This document shows positions 34,765-43,071 of a stretch of DNA of 45,174 nucleotides, piece by piece. Source of the DNA: a virus. Lineage: Duplodnaviria; Caudoviricetes. The stretch lies in IMG/VR virus record IMGVR_UViG_3300031450_000007, positions 1 through 45,174 of that record; one strand, 5' to 3'. Within the stretch, counting starts at the first letter, position 1; the number at the start of each line of letters is the position of its first letter. Under the pieces are notes generated by a model. It saw nothing but the letters and a program-made list of their open reading frames with translations. It was not told the DNA's origin and made no database searches. A program made the position numbers and the translations under genes.

Positions 34765-35628
34765 TCAAGCGGCCCCGCTAACCGTGTCGCGTTCGGCCCT
34801 GAGCCGGTCGGCGACGTCGCGACTGGACCACTGCAACGGCTGCCCCTCACGGCGCCGAGTAGCAACCTGAGCGCGGGCTGCCCAGGAGTCGAGAGTGGCG
34901 CGCCTGATGCGTGGCAAGCGGTGGGCGTCGGTCCAGTCGCAGAGCTGCTCCCACGTCAGCCAGGTCCGTGGCTGCCCGAGGCGCTTGACGGCCGCGAACT
35001 CGCCCTCCTCGCCGCAGGTGTCGCAAGTGACCCACTCGGGATCAGGAACCATGCCGTTCAGGTCGGGGGTGGACGGCGCGACGTAGGCGAGCCACGTGCC
35101 GCCACAGGGGCAGGGGACGGTCGTGCTGATCCATCGCTCGGGCCGCGGGTGCAGCAGCCCGTACGCCCGCCTGGTCATCGCCAGCACCTCGAGGGCCAGC
35201 TCGTCGGCCCACGGCTGCGCGAGGCACCAGTCGAGCTGGATGGCGAGCCAGGCACACAGGACGGGGACGGTGACGACGGGTGGTAGGCGGAAGTCGCGCT
35301 CATCGGCGACCATGCGGACCCACGCGGCCAGCTGCGCCTCGATGAGCGTGCGGTGCTCGGTGGCGGCCGGGTCGATGACGAGCCGCTCGCTGGCGAGGCT
35401 GCCGATCGCTGAACGGTGCCCGGCGCTGGCGGTCAGGGCACGGGTGGCGGCCAGGCGGGAGAGTGCTGCGTGGTAGCCGGGCAGCCGCGCCGGACCGGCC
35501 ACGTCCCCGGCGATGGCCGCGGTGATCTCGCCAGTGTGACCAGAGCACAGCAGGGGGGCGCCTGGGCGGGGGCGGTCAGGGTCGTCCTTGTGCGGCAGGG
35601 GGCAGCAGGCTGGCGACGGTTCGTTCAT
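34765..35628 (-). CDS. Putative late-transcription regulator (Zn ribbon plus C-terminal HTH)
   Basis: CPCGG...CDTCG; TLDSWAARAQV HTH-like end; last large gene before the packaging module. Confidence 0.6.
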   Translation of the reverse strand: MNEPSPACCPLPHKDDPDRPRPGAPLLCSGHTGEITAAIAGDVAGPARLPGYHAALSRLAATRALTASAGHRSAIGSLASERLVIDPAATEHRTLIEAQLAAWVRMVADERDFRLPPVVTVPVLCAWLAIQLDWCLAQPWADELALEVLAMTRRAYGLLHPRPERWISTTVPCPCGGTWLAYVAPSTPDLNGMVPDPEWVTCDTCGEEGEFAAVKRLGQPRTWLTWEQLCDWTDAHRLPRIRRATLDSWAARAQVATRRREGQPLQWSSRDVADRLRAERDTVSGAA

Positions 35629-35744
35629 GGGCCGAGCACCACGCTGAGCGCGTCCTGCCAGCGCCACGCCGCCCAACCGGCGGCCACAGCACCCGCAAGA
35701 CTGGCGATGACGACACGGCTGATGACGTGGTAGGTGTGCCTCAT
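35625..35744 (-). CDS. 39-aa TM peptide
   Basis: MRHTYHVISRVVIASLAGAVAAGWAAWRW...; ATGA overlaps at both ends. Confidence 0.5.
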   Translation of the reverse strand: MRHTYHVISRVVIASLAGAVAAGWAAWRWQDALSVVLGP

Positions 35745-36076
35745 GTGGCGTCGCCGTCGAATCCGTAGGCGACACCATCACGGCCGTCGACTTCCCACGA
35801 CACCCGCAGCGGACGGCCGTCCCGGTCGACCTGCACGTTGACCGTCAGCCCGCCGATGTCCATCCACCAGGAGCCGGTGCCCATCTGCTCGACGTGGAGC
35901 CACGAGCCGACCACCAGCTCGTCGAACTCGTTGGGACCGAAGTCCGACGCGTCGATACCGATTGCCTCGCCGTACATGCCGCCGGGGAACATGCCGCCGC
36001 GCCGTGTCAGCCGGTGTGCCTGCAGCCTCCACCGGCCACCGGCACGACGGGCGTACTTGACGGGCTTCTCCCTCAC
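35741..36076 (-). CDS. Hypothetical protein
   Basis: FDELVVGSWLHVEQM..WWMDIGG; GTGA overlap. Confidence 0.65.
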   Translation of the reverse strand: MREKPVKYARRAGGRWRLQAHRLTRRGGMFPGGMYGEAIGIDASDFGPNEFDELVVGSWLHVEQMGTGSWWMDIGGLTVNVQVDRDGRPLRVSWEVDGRDGVAYGFDGDAT

Positions 36077-36288
36077 GGCTTGGCCTCCCACAGTGAGCAG
36101 GAGAACGCACGCGGGGTCTGCAGACTGCCGTAACCCACATCGCCAAGCACAACACATGGGCGGTCCTCGGGCACGTCTCCTTCGAAGTTCTCGGACAGAA
36201 TCGCATTGCATGGGCGACGCCCGATGTATTCCCAGTCCTGCTCCCAGTGCTGGCAGGTGCCGCAGTTGCGCTCGCGCTCGTCGGTCAC
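36073..36288 (-). CDS. Cys-rich hypothetical protein
   Basis: CGTCQHW...FSCSLWE; GGAGG RBS. Confidence 0.65.
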   Translation of the reverse strand: MTDERERNCGTCQHWEQDWEYIGRRPCNAILSENFEGDVPEDRPCVVLGDVGYGSLQTPRAFSCSLWEAKP

Positions 36289-36455
36289 TGGTCCTCCCCC
36301 TGGATCGCGTGAACTAGGGCACGCAGGGCGGCAGCGACGGAGAGGGTCGCCTGAGTCTGACGCCCCGGCGGCCACTCCGTACGTGAGTCTGCGGCGTTCC
36401 GTGCATGCAACTCGCTGGCCTTCAATGCTTGCGCGATCAAGGCATCCCGGGTCAC
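36285..36455 (-). CDS. Hypothetical protein
   Basis: GGAGG RBS, GTGA overlaps. Confidence 0.55.
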   Translation of the reverse strand: MTRDALIAQALKASELHARNAADSRTEWPPGRQTQATLSVAAALRALVHAIQGEDQ

Positions 36456-36694
36456 TGGTCCTCCCGGGTCAGAGCGGCAGCGACAGCGCGGACTGTGGCG
36501 CAGGGGTACCACTTGCCGCCGCAACACTGACTCTCAAGTAGGTGCTCGTCGAGGATGGCGCGGAAGGCGGCCAGGTAGCCGCGCTCGCGATCAATCCAGG
36601 TCGGGGCTCGTATGCCGCGGGCTGCCCAGTTATCGCAACCGTGCAGCCGCCGGTCGATCACGGCTCGGAGCACGTCAGGCGCAGGGACGGTCAT
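36452..36694 (-). CDS. Hypothetical protein
   Basis: ILDEH...WYPCATVRAVA; ATGA overlap. Confidence 0.6.
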   Translation of the reverse strand: MTVPAPDVLRAVIDRRLHGCDNWAARGIRAPTWIDRERGYLAAFRAILDEHLLESQCCGGKWYPCATVRAVAAALTREDQ

Positions 36695-37092
36695 GACTCG
36701 CCCCCAAGGCTCTCGTACAACTCCCAAAGGCCCATCCCTGAGGTGTAGTCCCACACGGTGACACCGTCGGGGCCGACGATGCTGACCGAGGACAAGGCGC
36801 CTTCATCCTCACCGGACATCAGGAACCCGGCTGCTTCCTGCAGTGAGTCGCACTTCTCGTCGTAGTCCACGAAGTACCGCTTGTAGTGAGCGGTCCACGT
36901 CTGCCGACGGCCCTGGTCATCGACGACAACCGTTCTCCTGCTTTGTGGCTTCACTGCTCCCTGACGCGCCCGTTCCTCGTCGCGGCCTTCCTGGCGCAGT
37001 GCCTCGTCCCGCTCGGGGGACAGGACCACAGCCAGGGCCACTTCCATGATCGCCGTGACGTTTCCTCCGACGTGGGCCTCCCCGGCAACCAT
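36691..37092 (-). CDS. Hypothetical protein (start uncertain)
   Basis: High-GC3 frame; may be joined to 37172 by a frameshift. Confidence 0.5.
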   Translation of the reverse strand: MVAGEAHVGGNVTAIMEVALAVVLSPERDEALRQEGRDEERARQGAVKPQSRRTVVVDDQGRRQTWTAHYKRYFVDYDEKCDSLQEAAGFLMSGEDEGALSSVSIVGPDGVTVWDYTSGMGLWELYESLGGES

Positions 37093-37168
37093 TCATGCTC
37101 GCGGACGACCTTGGCTGCCAGCATGTCCAACGGCAGCGCCTCGTCTGGTGTCTCGTCCCTCCCGGTGC

Positions 37169-37423
37169 TCATACCGGCATCCACTTCCCTTCGCGGAAGA
37201 AGCCGTGTGTGCCGCAGGCATGGCACAGAATCGACGGCGAGATCGTCAGCGGCTCTTGCTGCTCCAGGGTCCAGCCACCGGGACCGCCGAGAGGCAGTCG
37301 ACCGGGGATGTGGTCGAACTCCGAGTCGACGCAGTTGTGTCGCCACAGGAAGTGCGTGCCGTCGTCCGAGAGCGTGCAGTGCGGGGTCTCGTCGCTCCCG
37401 GTGGAGGGCGCACCCGACGTCAC
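37169..37423 (-). CDS. DUF6527-like Zn-binding protein
   Basis: LTISPSILCHACGTHGFFREGKW. Confidence 0.65.
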   Translation of the reverse strand: MTSGAPSTGSDETPHCTLSDDGTHFLWRHNCVDSEFDHIPGRLPLGGPGGWTLEQQEPLTISPSILCHACGTHGFFREGKWMPV

Positions 37424-37599
37424 GAGGACACCGACTTGCCGCTGCCAGTGCAAACGGGGCAAGTGATGGGAAAGACGAGCCCAACGACGACGGCGAGGTC
37501 ACTGCCGGGCGGCAGGTTCTCCCACGACGTCCAGGACTCGCCGTCGTCGCTGTTGGCGATCTGGCCGCAGCCGTCGCAGCGCATGCATCGCTTGCTCAT
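37420..37599 (-). CDS. DnaJ-type Zn-finger miniprotein
   Basis: CMRCDGCG...CPVCTGSG. Confidence 0.65.
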   Translation of the reverse strand: MSKRCMRCDGCGQIANSDDGESWTSWENLPPGSDLAVVVGLVFPITCPVCTGSGKSVSS

Positions 37600-37805
37600 C
37601 GCTGCTCCTTGGTGTCGGTCACTGGTCGGCCAGGTAGCCGCATCGACGTCAGATGCCAGCCTTTGCAGGTAGGGCAGCGGTACGCCCGCCGCTCGTCTTT
37701 CGGTCGGGTTTCGTGCCGGCCGTGCCCGTTGGCAAGTCCAGCTAGTGCGAGTTGGGCGCCGATCCGGTCGCGGTACCGCACCTTGCGGCAGGGGGCTCGC
37801 CTCAT
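37596..37805 (-). CDS. Small Zn-binding protein
   Basis: CRKVRY...RAYRCPTCKGWHLTS. Confidence 0.7.
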   Translation of the reverse strand: MRRAPCRKVRYRDRIGAQLALAGLANGHGRHETRPKDERRAYRCPTCKGWHLTSMRLPGRPVTDTKEQR

Positions 37806-37925
37806 GCGGGCTCCTCAAGTCGGTGGGCGACGGTGGCGATGGTGCGGGACGGATGCGGGAGGGTCATGCGGACTCCTCGAGCAGCTGGGCTACGGCGTCG
37901 TCGGCAGCGGCAGCACGATGGTCGG

Positions 37926-38093
37926 TCATGCGGACTTCCTACGCTGGGCGGCGTAGGACCGCGCCGAGTGCAGATCAACGGCTCGACGGCCACTCCGCGT
38001 CGTGCACCACGTGCCAGCCGCAGCCTGGCATTCTGCGCACAGTTCGGCGAGAAGAGCCGAGCGCCAGGCGGCGGCGACTTTGTGTGTTCTCAT
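37926..38093 (-). CDS. Small Zn-finger protein
   Basis: CAECQAAAGTWC...HSAR; ATGA overlaps. Confidence 0.55.
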   Translation of the reverse strand: MRTHKVAAAWRSALLAELCAECQAAAGTWCTTRSGRRAVDLHSARSYAAQRRKSA

Positions 38094-38446
38094 GCGGGCA
38101 TCGTCCCGAACTTGCCGATGATGGTCCGAATCCGAGCTGCGGACTGTCGAACGGTGTCCGGGTCTGCGGGGGCTGCCGCCGCGATCGCTCGCTGCTCGCG
38201 AGCGGCCAGCCTTGCGCGCTCATTGGCAAGCGGGGTCGCGAGCCGGCGGATCATGGCGGGCATCAGGAAGTCGGTCGAGTCCCGGTAGTGCAAGTGGATT
38301 GCCTCGATGCAGTCGTCGAGGCGTAGCCCGCCGAGCGCTCTCGCCCAAGATCGTGCGGCGGCGCCCGTGTCGTCGGGCTTGCGGTTGTCGTAGCTGGCCG
38401 CGAGGGCCAGGAGCCGGGCAGCGTCGCCGGGCGCGAGATCGGTCAT
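38090..38446 (-). CDS. Helicase loader/inhibitor-like protein
   Basis: LLALAASYDNR..W..AL..AI..HY..FLMPA; directly after replication initiator. Confidence 0.7.
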   Translation of the reverse strand: MTDLAPGDAARLLALAASYDNRKPDDTGAAARSWARALGGLRLDDCIEAIHLHYRDSTDFLMPAMIRRLATPLANERARLAAREQRAIAAAAPADPDTVRQSAARIRTIIGKFGTMPA

Positions 38447-39207
38447 CGGGTTGCTCCTGCATCGAGAGACTGGGCGAGGGCGAGGTGAGCGGAGACGTTC
38501 GACGGACGTGCGGTGGCCGTCGGTGGGCCTTGGGCGACTTCGTGGACGACGGACGGCAGGGCAGATGGGTTGAGCCGTCTGTCGTGCCAGCGGGCGAGCC
38601 CGGCTCGGACGGTGTCGTAGGGCTGGCCTTCAGCGAGTAGTTCGCCGACTTGTTTAGCAACCTGGCCTTTGACGCGGTCGGGTGGTTTTGCATTGCCGCA
38701 GGCGTCGATCCATTCGCCGAGAAGGGTGGCGGCGGTTTCGCCGGAGCGCTCCGCACTCCTACTCCCACTCCTACTCCCCTCCTCTACTACTCCTACTACA
38801 GGGGTGTGTTGTGGCGGAACGTCCACGGAAGGCTCACTGCGCTGTTCGTGTGTTGACACTCCATGCAGGTCACGGGCACAAGCGGGTAGTTTCGACCCCT
38901 GCGGCCGGTTCGGGTGCTGGTGTTCGTCGAAGTTAACGACGTGAAGCCACACGCGGCCTTCAGCTTCGTACCTGCACACCACGCCGACACGCTCAAGGTG
39001 CTCTACGTGTGCGCTCACTGTTGACGCAGTGACGTCATCGTCCAGCGGGTAAAGAGCCGCCTTGATGAGCCTCGGGTCCGCCTTGCCACGACCCTCGTCG
39101 TCGCAGTAGGTCCACAGTCCAGCGAAGGTCCAGCGGGCCTCGATCGGCACCTGCGCCAGCGTCTCGGACGTGAACGTGTCGGGCTTAATTGATCTTATCC
39201 GTGCCAC
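38443..39207 (-). CDS. Phage replication initiator (replisome organizer)
   Basis: MARIRSIKPDTF, GLWTYCDDEGR, NFDEHQHPNRP; low-complexity linker. Confidence 0.85.
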   Translation of the reverse strand: MARIRSIKPDTFTSETLAQVPIEARWTFAGLWTYCDDEGRGKADPRLIKAALYPLDDDVTASTVSAHVEHLERVGVVCRYEAEGRVWLHVVNFDEHQHPNRPQGSKLPACARDLHGVSTHEQRSEPSVDVPPQHTPVVGVVEEGSRSGSRSAERSGETAATLLGEWIDACGNAKPPDRVKGQVAKQVGELLAEGQPYDTVRAGLARWHDRRLNPSALPSVVHEVAQGPPTATARPSNVSAHLALAQSLDAGATR

Positions 39208-39638
39208 TAGCCCGCTGCCCTTGCGGCTGTCCGAGCGCGTTGCCGAGCGTTTGTGCACTGGCGGCAATGTCGACTACCGGAGGGGTGACGGTAGGTGTTG
39301 GCCTCGGTGAATTCGTGACCACTGACGCAGTGAGTCTGCCGCGCCCAGTACTGCCCGACGTTCCCCCGGCGCAGGTTCTCGCCATGGGTAACCGGCTCAA
39401 GGTGGGTTGGTTCGCAACAGGCGCGGATGCGGCACAGGTGGTCCAGGTCGAGTCCGACAGGAACAGGGCCGACCAGCGCCTCGTAGTAGACGCGGTGTGC
39501 CGCTCGCACCTTGCCGGCGCCGTCCTGCACCTGTCCGTAGCCGTTGCGCATCTTCGATCCCTGCCAGAGCAGGCATCCGTGGTCGCCGCGGATCATCAGC
39601 TTGGCGTCCATGCGCTCGACAAGTGTCCGGCGACCCAT
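39207..39638 (-). CDS. HNH endonuclease
   Basis: CLLWQG, AHRVYY, LDHLCRIRACCEPTHLEPVT..EN, HCVSGH..NTY..CRQC. Confidence 0.9.
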   Translation of the reverse strand: MGRRTLVERMDAKLMIRGDHGCLLWQGSKMRNGYGQVQDGAGKVRAAHRVYYEALVGPVPVGLDLDHLCRIRACCEPTHLEPVTHGENLRRGNVGQYWARQTHCVSGHEFTEANTYRHPSGSRHCRQCTNARQRARTAARAAG

Positions 39639-39720
39639 CAGCGCGCCCCGTTGCTACGGGCGGCTGGACGTGGTGACATGCTCATCAGAGCCCTCCTGGT
39701 TGCGTCAGGGTGGGTCAGGG

Positions 39721-39749
39721 GCCTCGAAGCGTGTCCAGCGCTTCGAGGC
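39721..39749. promoter_or_regulatory. 11-bp inverted repeat upstream of HNH
   Basis: GCCTCGAAGCG-TGTCCAG-CGCTTCGAGGC. Confidence 0.6.
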
Positions 39750-39807
39750 TCCGTCTTTAGCCCTCCCAGCATCCCACAGTCGAACGCCTGAGCGAAGCGC
39801 GACACGC

Positions 39808-40173
39808 TCATGCGGCTACCCGCCCGCGTCGTTGCCGCATGCGAAGCCTGTTCTCCGCACGGTTCTGCTCGGCGCAGGCCGGCCGTTTGCAGCGATGCGG
39901 GCCACGTTCGGCGCCGTGCAGGCGCACGATCTGAGGCACCCGCTTAGCAGCCGCCCGGGCACGGTCGTAGGCCCGTTTCCGTTCGACGGCTTCCCGTTGC
40001 CGGACCCGGCGGACCCGGTGATAGGCCTGGTTCTGGTCGGCGCATTCCAGCTGGGTGCAAGAGTGGGGGCCGCGTTCGCAGTAGCCCGGCGGCTTCTCGT
40101 TGCGGTAGACGGCGGCGATCACCCGGTTGCGCCACGTCCACTCGGCGTAGAGGTCGGCCAGCACGTCGCTCAT
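39808..40173 (-). CDS. Basic Cys-containing hypothetical protein
   Basis: Two C..C units followed by Arg-rich helices; ATG 40173. Confidence 0.55.
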   Translation of the reverse strand: MSDVLADLYAEWTWRNRVIAAVYRNEKPPGYCERGPHSCTQLECADQNQAYHRVRRVRQREAVERKRAYDRARAAAKRVPQIVRLHGAERGPHRCKRPACAEQNRAENRLRMRQRRGRVAA

Positions 40174-40255
40174 GCGGCGATTCCTGCGGCGACGTCTTCG
40201 AGGTGCCAGTCCTCGCGGGGGATACGCAGGCGGGTCACGTGTGCGGCCGTTGGGT

Positions 40256-40561
40256 TCACAGCGCGTCTCCGTAATGAGCAAGGAGCCAGGTCGGGCAGGG
40301 ATGCTCCCGCTCGCACTCAAGGCATGAACCGACCGGCACCTTGCCCCATCCGCCCTCAACGCGAGGGGGGTGCAGGTCCTCGACGCGGCCGAGCATCCCT
40401 TCGAGCCGGACGGCGAGGTCGCGGGCGGCGTCCCGTTCGGCTCGTGCCAGGTCCCTCTCAGCGCGTAGTAGCGACATGGCACCGACGACGCGGGCCGTGG
40501 GCTCGTCCATCTCGGGTAGCCGCCCACGCACCGCGTTGGTCACGTCATCGAACGTCGTCAC
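40256..40561 (-). CDS. Hypothetical protein
   Basis: Coiled coil then LH...CLEC...HPCPT. Confidence 0.65.
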   Translation of the reverse strand: MTTFDDVTNAVRGRLPEMDEPTARVVGAMSLLRAERDLARAERDAARDLAVRLEGMLGRVEDLHPPRVEGGWGKVPVGSCLECEREHPCPTWLLAHYGDAL

Positions 40562-40761
40562 GCCGCCACCTCGGCTCCGCTAGTGAGGCCGGTGCAGACG
40601 CAGGGCATGCCAGCGGCGCCGCAGAGGCAGTCGTACTCTGTCCCGGAGTCCCAGGGGCGCAGCGGGTGGTCCTCGCACACGATGCCGAGGCCGAAGCACA
40701 CCTCGCAGTTCGGTCGGACTCGGGACGAGATGAAGTCGGGCAGACCCAGCTGATTGCTCAC
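40558..40761 (-). CDS. Cys-rich miniprotein
   Basis: CEVCFGLGIVCEDHP...CLCGAAGMPCVC. Confidence 0.65.
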   Translation of the reverse strand: MSNQLGLPDFISSRVRPNCEVCFGLGIVCEDHPLRPWDSGTEYDCLCGAAGMPCVCTGLTSGAEVAA

Positions 40762-40955
40762 GCTGCCACTTCCTCTCCGCACCAAACGCACCGGCCGGGA
40801 TACAGGGTGTTGTCGACGCAGCCCCACGAAGCGCACGGCCGGCTGTGGCTCGCGGGCCTGCTCGCTGGCGGGGCAGGGCTGGTAGCCGACGCGGCACGTC
40901 TGACGAGGCGGCCGGCGTGCTCCTGGGCGACAGGGACGATCTGGCGCAGGGTCAT
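40758..40955 (-). CDS. Hypothetical protein
   Basis: Overlap-coupled; CVWCG. Confidence 0.5.
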   Translation of the reverse strand: MTLRQIVPVAQEHAGRLVRRAASATSPAPPASRPASHSRPCASWGCVDNTLYPGRCVWCGEEVAA

Positions 40956-41260
40956 GGGCGCTCCTTCATGCGGCAGGCGGGGTCGACGCAGACGCAGCCG
41001 AGCAGCAGGGCGGGTACGCCGTGGGCGTGCCGGACCGTCACTGGCAGGACGTCGAGGGCGTGGTTCGGCAGCCTGGCGATAACCATGCAGGCGCGGCACC
41101 GGGTATTGGGCCGCCCGACGGGGCGTTCACAGTGCGCCGCACCGGCGACGGAGATCAGGTCGTCGAGGACGTTGAGCGGGACAGCCACCGGCCGGCTGTC
41201 GCAGCGGCTCACGTTGCCGGTGCGACCCGTGTTCGGGTTCGCGGGATGCAGGACCGTCAC
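40952..41260 (-). CDS. Hypothetical protein
   Basis: Overlap-coupled ORF. Confidence 0.5.
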   Translation of the reverse strand: MTVLHPANPNTGRTGNVSRCDSRPVAVPLNVLDDLISVAGAAHCERPVGRPNTRCRACMVIARLPNHALDVLPVTVRHAHGVPALLLGCVCVDPACRMKERP

Positions 41261-41565
41261 TGCTGCGTCCCCTCATTCGGTGAGCGGCGGACGGTCTTGC
41301 GGGAGACAAACACGCAGCACGTCTCGCCGCGGGGCTTCACGAGCCATCCCAGCTCGGGTGGCTTGCCGGGTCCGCCCGCCCGGTCCTCACCTTCGGACCA
41401 CACGTCACCGAGTCGCCCATCAGGCATGAGCACCTCGGCTCCGACCCTGGGCTGCCAGCGGGCTCGGCGTCGCATCTTCGGTGCCCAGCCCCCCCCTAGC
41501 GGCAGGGTGGGTTCGTCGCACAGCCCGTCGGCCATCGCCGGCAGCTCCGCACCGAGGCCGGTCAT
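41257..41565 (-). CDS. Hypothetical protein
   Basis: Overlap-coupled ORF. Confidence 0.5.
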   Translation of the reverse strand: MTGLGAELPAMADGLCDEPTLPLGGGWAPKMRRRARWQPRVGAEVLMPDGRLGDVWSEGEDRAGGPGKPPELGWLVKPRGETCCVFVSRKTVRRSPNEGTQQ

Positions 41566-41918
41566 GCCAGCGTCTCCATCACGGCCGGCCAGTCGGCTGG
41601 TCGCCACAGACACGTCTCGACGCCGGGGCAGAGCTTGAGCTTGGCGAGCATCGCGATCTGAGCCGGCCGGATCACACCCGACGTCGACTTCAACTCGGCG
41701 AACACCACCCGGGGGGGGCGTACGAGCAGGAGGTCGGGGAGGCCGGCCTCAGTGACCCGCCGGGAGTCGGGATGGTGAATCGCCCGCCAGCCCTTGAAGC
41801 GGGCGTAGTCGAGAACACGGGTCTGCCACGCCTTCTCCGACATGGGCGGGAGAGTGGTGCCCGCGACGGCCGGGGCCGCCGTCCCCTTGCCGGCCGCCGC
41901 GGGAGAACGGGGGGTCAC
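41562..41918 (-). CDS. VRR-NUC domain nuclease (resolvase-like)
   Basis: SEKAWQ, GLPDLLL, FAELKS, Q, WRPADW. Confidence 0.85.
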   Translation of the reverse strand: MTPRSPAAAGKGTAAPAVAGTTLPPMSEKAWQTRVLDYARFKGWRAIHHPDSRRVTEAGLPDLLLVRPPRVVFAELKSTSGVIRPAQIAMLAKLKLCPGVETCLWRPADWPAVMETLA

Positions 41919-42124
41919 TTCTCACCCAGCGACGTGACAAGATCAGCCACAGCGTCACGACGAAGACGACGGATAGGCAGCCAGTCACCGCAGCTCAGAG
42001 AATCCGCCGCGATGGCTTTCCATCCGCTCCAAACGCTCTGAACATGTCCGACCTTCGCCCCGTCGCGGTAGATGTCGTACATCTGCTCGCCGGGACCGCC
42101 GATGGTGCGGAGGGTGATGCTCAT
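41915..42124 (-). CDS. Hypothetical protein
   Basis: Overlap-coupled ORF. Confidence 0.55.
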   Translation of the reverse strand: MSITLRTIGGPGEQMYDIYRDGAKVGHVQSVWSGWKAIAADSLSCGDWLPIRRLRRDAVADLVTSLGEK

Positions 42125-42357
42125 GCGGCACCTCGCAGCGCGTCGAGCTTCGCCTGCTGCTCCGGAGTAGGCGGCGGCGCACCCCAGTAGCCACGCTCGG
42201 ACAGGACCAGGCCGACGCTCGCAGGCGTCCTGTGCTCGTCGCCTTTCCAGTGCTTGTCGAAGTTGGCGACGGTCGAGAAGGTTTGGTGACACGATGCGGC
42301 CGAGCAGTGCGAGGTGTTCGCCCCGCCCCACGTCGCCCCACAGCGGCAGCCACTCAT
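42121..42357 (-). CDS. FDXHR-like Zn-binding protein
   Basis: CRCGATW..HC..CHQTF..FDKH. Confidence 0.7.
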   Translation of the reverse strand: MSGCRCGATWGGANTSHCSAASCHQTFSTVANFDKHWKGDEHRTPASVGLVLSERGYWGAPPPTPEQQAKLDALRGAA

Positions 42358-42704
42358 GCGGCGTCCTCCCAGGAGGGGATGGAGAACCCGGCCGCCTCAG
42401 CCAGGTTCGGGTTCTGCGTGATCAGGTCGTGGTGCGGTCTGCAAAGGCAGGCGATGTTGCGTTCATCCGTGATCGACCCTCCACGGGCGCGGGACTTGAT
42501 CTCGTGGCAGTCCACCGACGCGGCCCAGCAGGTCGCCCATTCACAGACCGGCCGCTCACTCAGGAGCCGCTTGACCAGCGGGCGCCGGTCGGTGCGGTAG
42601 AGCGCCTCACGCTTCGCGCTGCGTTGCGCGAGCCCCCGCGTACGGCGGGGCATCGGAGAACGGGCTAGCAAGGTACGGCGCTGCAAGGCGCCCGGCGGCT
42701 TCAC
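42354..42704 (-). CDS. Small HNH-fold protein
   Basis: CE..C..DCHEIKSRARGG..N..LCRPHH. Confidence 0.75.
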   Translation of the reverse strand: MKPPGALQRRTLLARSPMPRRTRGLAQRSAKREALYRTDRRPLVKRLLSERPVCEWATCWAASVDCHEIKSRARGGSITDERNIACLCRPHHDLITQNPNLAEAAGFSIPSWEDAA

Positions 42705-42733
42705 AAGACGCCCGGCGGCTTCACAAGACGCCC
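42689..42733. repeat. Exact 20-bp tandem duplication (CCCGGCGGCTTCACAAGACG x2)
   Basis: Read directly from the sequence. Confidence 0.95.
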
Positions 42734-43071
42734 TTGTTCGCGTCCGCTAGCGCTTCATAGTCCGGGTACAGCTCAGGCCAACCGTCCCCCGGCTCCAGTG
42801 CGGACCCGTCCAGTCGTCCCATGGCGACCGCGAGACGTACGCCGACGTGGCCCCAACCCTCAACGGCCAGCCAGCCGGCGCATGCCTTCTCGCCAGCCTC
42901 GGGCGTCTTGTGGCAGGCGAACATCGGCGCGTGCATGTCAGCGCTGCCGTTCGGCCCGTGCGATGTCGCTCGTAGCGCCGCGTACCTCTCTCGCGGGAAG
43001 CGCCCCGGAAGTGCTGTGCGTCGCCACGGGCACTCATCACACGGGCGATGCACCCGTGGGTAGGCGCTCAC
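42721..43071 (-). CDS. DUF6283-like protein
   Basis: PCDECPWR, FACHK, CAGWL, VRLAV. Confidence 0.75.
   Translation of the reverse strand: MSAYPRVHRPCDECPWRRTALPGRFPRERYAALRATSHGPNGSADMHAPMFACHKTPEAGEKACAGWLAVEGWGHVGVRLAVAMGRLDGSALEPGDGWPELYPDYEALADANKGVL

Noticed and set aside
37802-37940. 62-nt periodic motif as a mini CRISPR array
   Set aside because: Repeats are only ~15 nt, imperfect and non-palindromic, and are explained by RBS plus ATGA junctions
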